Shown here: piece after piece, positions 15,986 through 19,030 of the stretch
Numbering within the stretch: position 1 is the stretch's first letter
How the letters are laid out: the number at the start of each line of letters is the position of its first letter
Assembly (NCBI GenBank): GCA_046757525.1
Contig: JBHHYI010000079.1
Span: 1-19,030, forward strand
DNA length: 19,030 nucleotides
Origin: a bacterium
GTDB lineage: Bacteria > Zhuqueibacterota > Zhuqueibacteria > Oceanimicrobiales > Oceanimicrobiaceae
Direction of reading: 5' to 3'
Notes under the pieces: model-generated
What the model was told of the DNA's origin: nothing
The model's database searches: none
What the model saw: only the letters and a program-made list of their open reading frames with translations
Made by a program: the position numbers and the translations under genes

Positions 15986-17260
15986 TTACTTGAAGTACTT
16001 TCTTAGTTTCTTGATATGAATGTCACCGTTGGTGGTAGAAAGTTCAATCAAATCGCCGCCGCCGTTAATGTCGCCTTTGCTTGCAATTGTGTGACGACGG
16101 TAGTGTTCCTTGTTTTCCTCTTCTTCGGAGCTGGTAAGGGGAAAATCTGAGTAGATGTGGTAGTCTTCCCACCGGTCGGTGATTCTGATTTCGGCGCGGA
16201 TGGTAGCAGGCAGCTTCTCAGGAATGTAAAGAACGATCTCGCCGCTGGCGGTGCGCAAGTCAACGCGATGGTCTACGGTGAAATTCTGTAACGTGATTTC
16301 AACCTGGATATCTCCGCCAGCGGTTTTACCCTGGACCCCCCCACGGACATTTTTTAAGTTGATGGATCCGCCCGAAGTTGAAACCACGGCGCCTCCTTGA
16401 ATGGAACTTCCTCCAATGTCTCCACCGGAAGTAGAAGCCTCCAGCGCACCGCCAATCTTGCTGAGGTCAATATCCCCGCCGGAGGTGTGCACCTTCACTA
16501 CACCTTTTGTGTTTTCGATCTCGATGTCTCCGCCAGACGTGCGAGCTTTCACCCGGCCGCCTGCATCCAGGATTCTTATTTCACCGCCGGAAGTGCTGAT
16601 GTTGACCCGGTCTTCGGAGCCTCTTAGCGTAATGTCACCACCGGAAGTTTTGGCATCGAGAGGACCGCCAATATTCCGCAGCTTGATCTCACCGCCCGAG
16701 GTCTTCAACGTGACTGCTTTTTGGGAGTTGTTTACTTCAATATCTCCGCCAGAGGTTCTGGCATCGACCTCGCCGCCGATATCGGTTAAAATGATTTCCC
16801 CGCCGGAGGTGTTCAGCCTGACCGCTCCCGCTACGCCATTAACCGATAGGTCCCCTGCTCTGGTTTCAATATCTAAATTGAAAAGTTTTGGGACGCGAAT
16901 TTCAAATCTGCTTTTGATCCAATTACGGCTGAAAGCTCCACCATCGACTTCAATAACATTGTCCCTTTTTTTATAGCCAGACTTCGCGCGTGCGAGTGCG
17001 GCCCTGGCTTCCGCTTCCGTGTATACATCCATTTTCTTGATTTCATGAATTTGCACTTGCTTGTTGGTCCAGGTTTCCACGTCGACGTCGCCGCGAATGT
17101 CAAACATCTTCAGAGTTCCGCCCTCCTTGACTTTGAAGGTTTTGTTGACTTCAGCGATATAATAGCGGCCTTCTTTCCTGAGCTCCTGGCCCTGCACCTT
17201 TGCATTTGACAATAAGAAGAGGAGCGAAAAGAACATAGTTGAGATTGTTTTGAGTTTCAT
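15986..17260 (-). CDS. Exported DUF4097-family beta-strand repeat protein (putative adhesin-like beta-helix)
   Basis: It has a signal peptide (VQG|Q) and eleven consecutive 18-aa repeats with T[SRA][GA]G[DES][IL] cores, ending LSTTNGDIHIKK. The start was moved to ATG 17260, which has GGAG upstream (the track start is 17299). Confidence 0.88.
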   Translation of the reverse strand: MKLKTISTMFFSLLFLLSNAKVQGQELRKEGRYYIAEVNKTFKVKEGGTLKMFDIRGDVDVETWTNKQVQIHEIKKMDVYTEAEARAALARAKSGYKKRDNVIEVDGGAFSRNWIKSRFEIRVPKLFNLDIETRAGDLSVNGVAGAVRLNTSGGEIILTDIGGEVDARTSGGDIEVNNSQKAVTLKTSGGEIKLRNIGGPLDAKTSGGDITLRGSEDRVNISTSGGEIRILDAGGRVKARTSGGDIEIENTKGVVKVHTSGGDIDLSKIGGALEASTSGGDIGGSSIQGGAVVSTSGGSINLKNVRGGVQGKTAGGDIQVEITLQNFTVDHRVDLRTASGEIVLYIPEKLPATIRAEIRITDRWEDYHIYSDFPLTSSEEEENKEHYRRHTIASKGDINGGGDLIELSTTNGDIHIKKLRKYFK

Positions 17261-17285
17261 GCTGATATTCTCCGTTAAAAATAGC

Positions 17286-18263
17286 CTATTGATCCTCACC
17301 GTTATTTTCGTCGAGAACTGAATCGGGTAGCGCCTGTAACAGCTCAGAAGCTTTCAGCCGGATGAATTCGTTGTCGTCATCTTTTGCGGCGCCCCTGAGG
17401 ACAGGAATCACGTCTTCATTCTGTTTCTCTTGGCTCAAAGCCTCGATCGCCTCAATGCGGATTGCGGTATTGGCGTCTTTGAGCAAAACTTTGATAAAGG
17501 CGCGTTTGATTCTATCGTTGATAGGGAGCTTCTTCAGCACTTTGGCAGCCCGCAAACGAACGCCGTCGACGGTGTCCTGCTCCATGGCGTAGATAAGCGC
17601 TTCCTCAATTTCATCGTTGGCTGTGGAACTGCCGCCAAACGCCTTCACGGCCATGAGACGATGCCCGGCGTTCGTTTCGCTTCGAATGGAATGAGCCAAA
17701 ATTCTCTGAACCGCTGCATCATTGATGTTCCCACGCAAGGCCACATCGTTAATACTCTTGTAGCGCACGGTCACCTCCCCGGTCTTGGGATCGTATTGTA
17801 TCAGGTCGACATCGGCGATTAATGGACGGTTGAACGCTTGCTGCGTCTGAGAGGAGAGAGGTGTCGAATTCGCCATCTGCACCGAGGCCCTGGGTACCAA
17901 TACAAAGCGTCCAATCAGCAGGCCGATGACCAAGATGGCCAGAGTGCCTCCTAATTGAATGGCCAGATTTCGGCTTGCGAAAAACTCGGAAATGCGCTCC
18001 CAAACCGATTCTCGTAAAAGGACCTTTCGTTCTTGTCTGAGTCGCTCGCGCAGCTTCATTCGAGACTGATTCAGCAGGTCTTCGCCTGGTTCCAGCCGCG
18101 CTTTTTGATTGAGTAAAGCGTGCAGGGCCCGCATCTCCGCCAACTTCTCCCGGCAGCGCTCACAATATTCGATGTGGACTTCGAATTCTTTGCGATCGAC
18201 TTCACTCAGTTCGCCATAAAGATAGAGCGGGATGAGTTTCCCCAGATGTGCTTTTGGTTTCAT
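17286..18263 (-). CDS. Anti-sigma factor: zf-HC2 zinc finger, single TM helix, extracytoplasmic HEAT repeats
   Basis: The N-terminus has H...LYLYGEL...HIEYCERC (ZAS motif), then TM segment LAIQLGGTLAILVIGLLIG. HEAT repeats include VRLRAAKVL, IRIEAIEAL and IRLKASELL. It lies directly downstream of an ECF sigma gene. Confidence 0.88.
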   Translation of the reverse strand: MKPKAHLGKLIPLYLYGELSEVDRKEFEVHIEYCERCREKLAEMRALHALLNQKARLEPGEDLLNQSRMKLRERLRQERKVLLRESVWERISEFFASRNLAIQLGGTLAILVIGLLIGRFVLVPRASVQMANSTPLSSQTQQAFNRPLIADVDLIQYDPKTGEVTVRYKSINDVALRGNINDAAVQRILAHSIRSETNAGHRLMAVKAFGGSSTANDEIEEALIYAMEQDTVDGVRLRAAKVLKKLPINDRIKRAFIKVLLKDANTAIRIEAIEALSQEKQNEDVIPVLRGAAKDDDNEFIRLKASELLQALPDSVLDENNGEDQ

Positions 18264-18274
18264 AACGTCACCTT

Positions 18275-18850
18275 TTACTGTTGAGCATACTCGGTTAATA
18301 GCATTTGCAGATTTCTGGTGGCCCGGAACAGATAGTTTTTGATCGTGCCTTCCGAACAGTGCATTATCTCGGCAATGTCGCGTAATTTGTGGCCGTGGTA
18401 ATGCCGCAGGATGAAAACCGACTTCTGCTGCGTCGACAATTGCTCTAACGCCAAATTGATTTCAGAAGAAAGCTCCTGGTTTAGCACGGTTTCTTCCGGA
18501 TTCAATTGGTCGCACGGAACATGTTCCCTTTTGCTGTCAGCCGCTTCTGTCGACTCAGCCTCCAACGACTGCAACCTTCTCCGGCTATGCTTTTTTCGGT
18601 AATTGATGCACGCGTTGACCACGATGCGATACAGCCACGTGGAAAACTTGCTTTTCAGACGGAATCGTGGCAAATTCTGATAGACTTTGATAAAGACTTC
18701 CTGGTAAATGTCCTGAGCATCCGTTACGTTATTGACCATGCTGTAAGCCAGTTGCAAAACCTGCCGGTCGTACCGTTTCACCAGCGACTCAAAAGCCAGG
18801 ATGTTGCCTCTTTGAGCTTCTTTAATGAGAGCTTGTTCTTCTTCGTTCAT
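18275..18850 (-). CDS. ECF-family RNA polymerase sigma factor (sigma70 regions 2 and 4)
   Basis: Region 2 is AFESLVKRY...DAQDIYQEVFIKVY...FSTWLYRIVVNACI and region 4 is LEQLSTQQKSVFILRHYHGHKLRDIAEIMHCSEGTIKNYLFRA. The start was moved to ATG 18850 (MNEEEQ); the track's 47-aa extension looks non-coding. Confidence 0.93.
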   Translation of the reverse strand: MNEEEQALIKEAQRGNILAFESLVKRYDRQVLQLAYSMVNNVTDAQDIYQEVFIKVYQNLPRFRLKSKFSTWLYRIVVNACINYRKKHSRRRLQSLEAESTEAADSKREHVPCDQLNPEETVLNQELSSEINLALEQLSTQQKSVFILRHYHGHKLRDIAEIMHCSEGTIKNYLFRATRNLQMLLTEYAQQ

Positions 18851-18872
18851 TCCTCGCCTGCTTTCATCAAGT

Positions 18873-18902
18873 TTAGACAAATATCGAATAAAAGAGTTTG
18901 CA
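18873..18902 (-). promoter_or_regulatory. Candidate autoregulatory ECF promoter
   Basis: On the minus strand, TGCAAAC (18902-18896), a 17-nt spacer, then GTCTAA (18878-18873), 23 nt upstream of the sigma start codon. This fits the general AAC/GTC pattern of ECF promoters. Confidence 0.5.
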
Positions 18903-19030
18903 CCGACAAGGACAAAAATAGCTGGCCACAAAAATGACTTGATTTTTGAACAAGAAATGCAGAAATTATTTTGAGAATTGTAACAGTTCACCCGATAGCG
19001 ATCGTTAAGGATATTTATCCTGAACGTAAA

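Noticed and set aside
15709..16019. ORFs 15709-15918 (-) and 15756-16019 (+)
   Set aside because: They cross the hsp20 terminator or the convergent gene end and have no RBS or domain evidence.
16307..16864. 54-bp periodic CCGCC(G/A)GA repeats as a possible CRISPR array, and the antisense ORF 16401-16976
   Set aside because: The periodicity comes from the TSGG[DE]I coding repeats of the DUF4097 gene. The repeats are degenerate at wobble positions and no cas genes are present.
18851..18991. 47-aa N-terminal extension of the ECF sigma with an apparent hydrophobic stretch
   Set aside because: This is AT-rich promoter-like DNA containing the candidate ECF promoter, and the sigma domain begins at MNEEEQ.

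Overview
This is a bacterial window, probably from a non-Bacteroidota FCB-group lineage such as KSB1 or Calditrichota. That assignment is inferred from the gene families and is not proven. From left to right it contains: a cruciform palindromic REP-like element (15-124); a secreted S9 dipeptidyl/prolyl-oligopeptidase; and an XRE-cupin regulator. The regulator is divergent from a near-consensus sigma70 promoter with candidate operators, which drives a five-gene cell-surface cassette: two paralogous Ig-repeat lipoproteins, a 1007-aa TonB-dependent receptor, a 736-aa secreted protein with a T9SS-like C-terminal sorting domain, and a PorV/UPF0164-family beta-barrel. After the cassette come a highly structured ~300-nt intergenic element ending in a terminator, and an M28 metallopeptidase lipoprotein. 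Next is an Hsp20 gene that appears to have lost its 5' end and the -12 half of a sigma54 promoter. The window ends with a minus-strand operon of ECF sigma, zinc-finger/HEAT anti-sigma and DUF4097 genes. The strongest candidate for an undescribed system is the SusD-less TonB receptor + CTD cargo + dedicated PorV cassette. All family assignments come from motif recognition by eye; no database searches were run.
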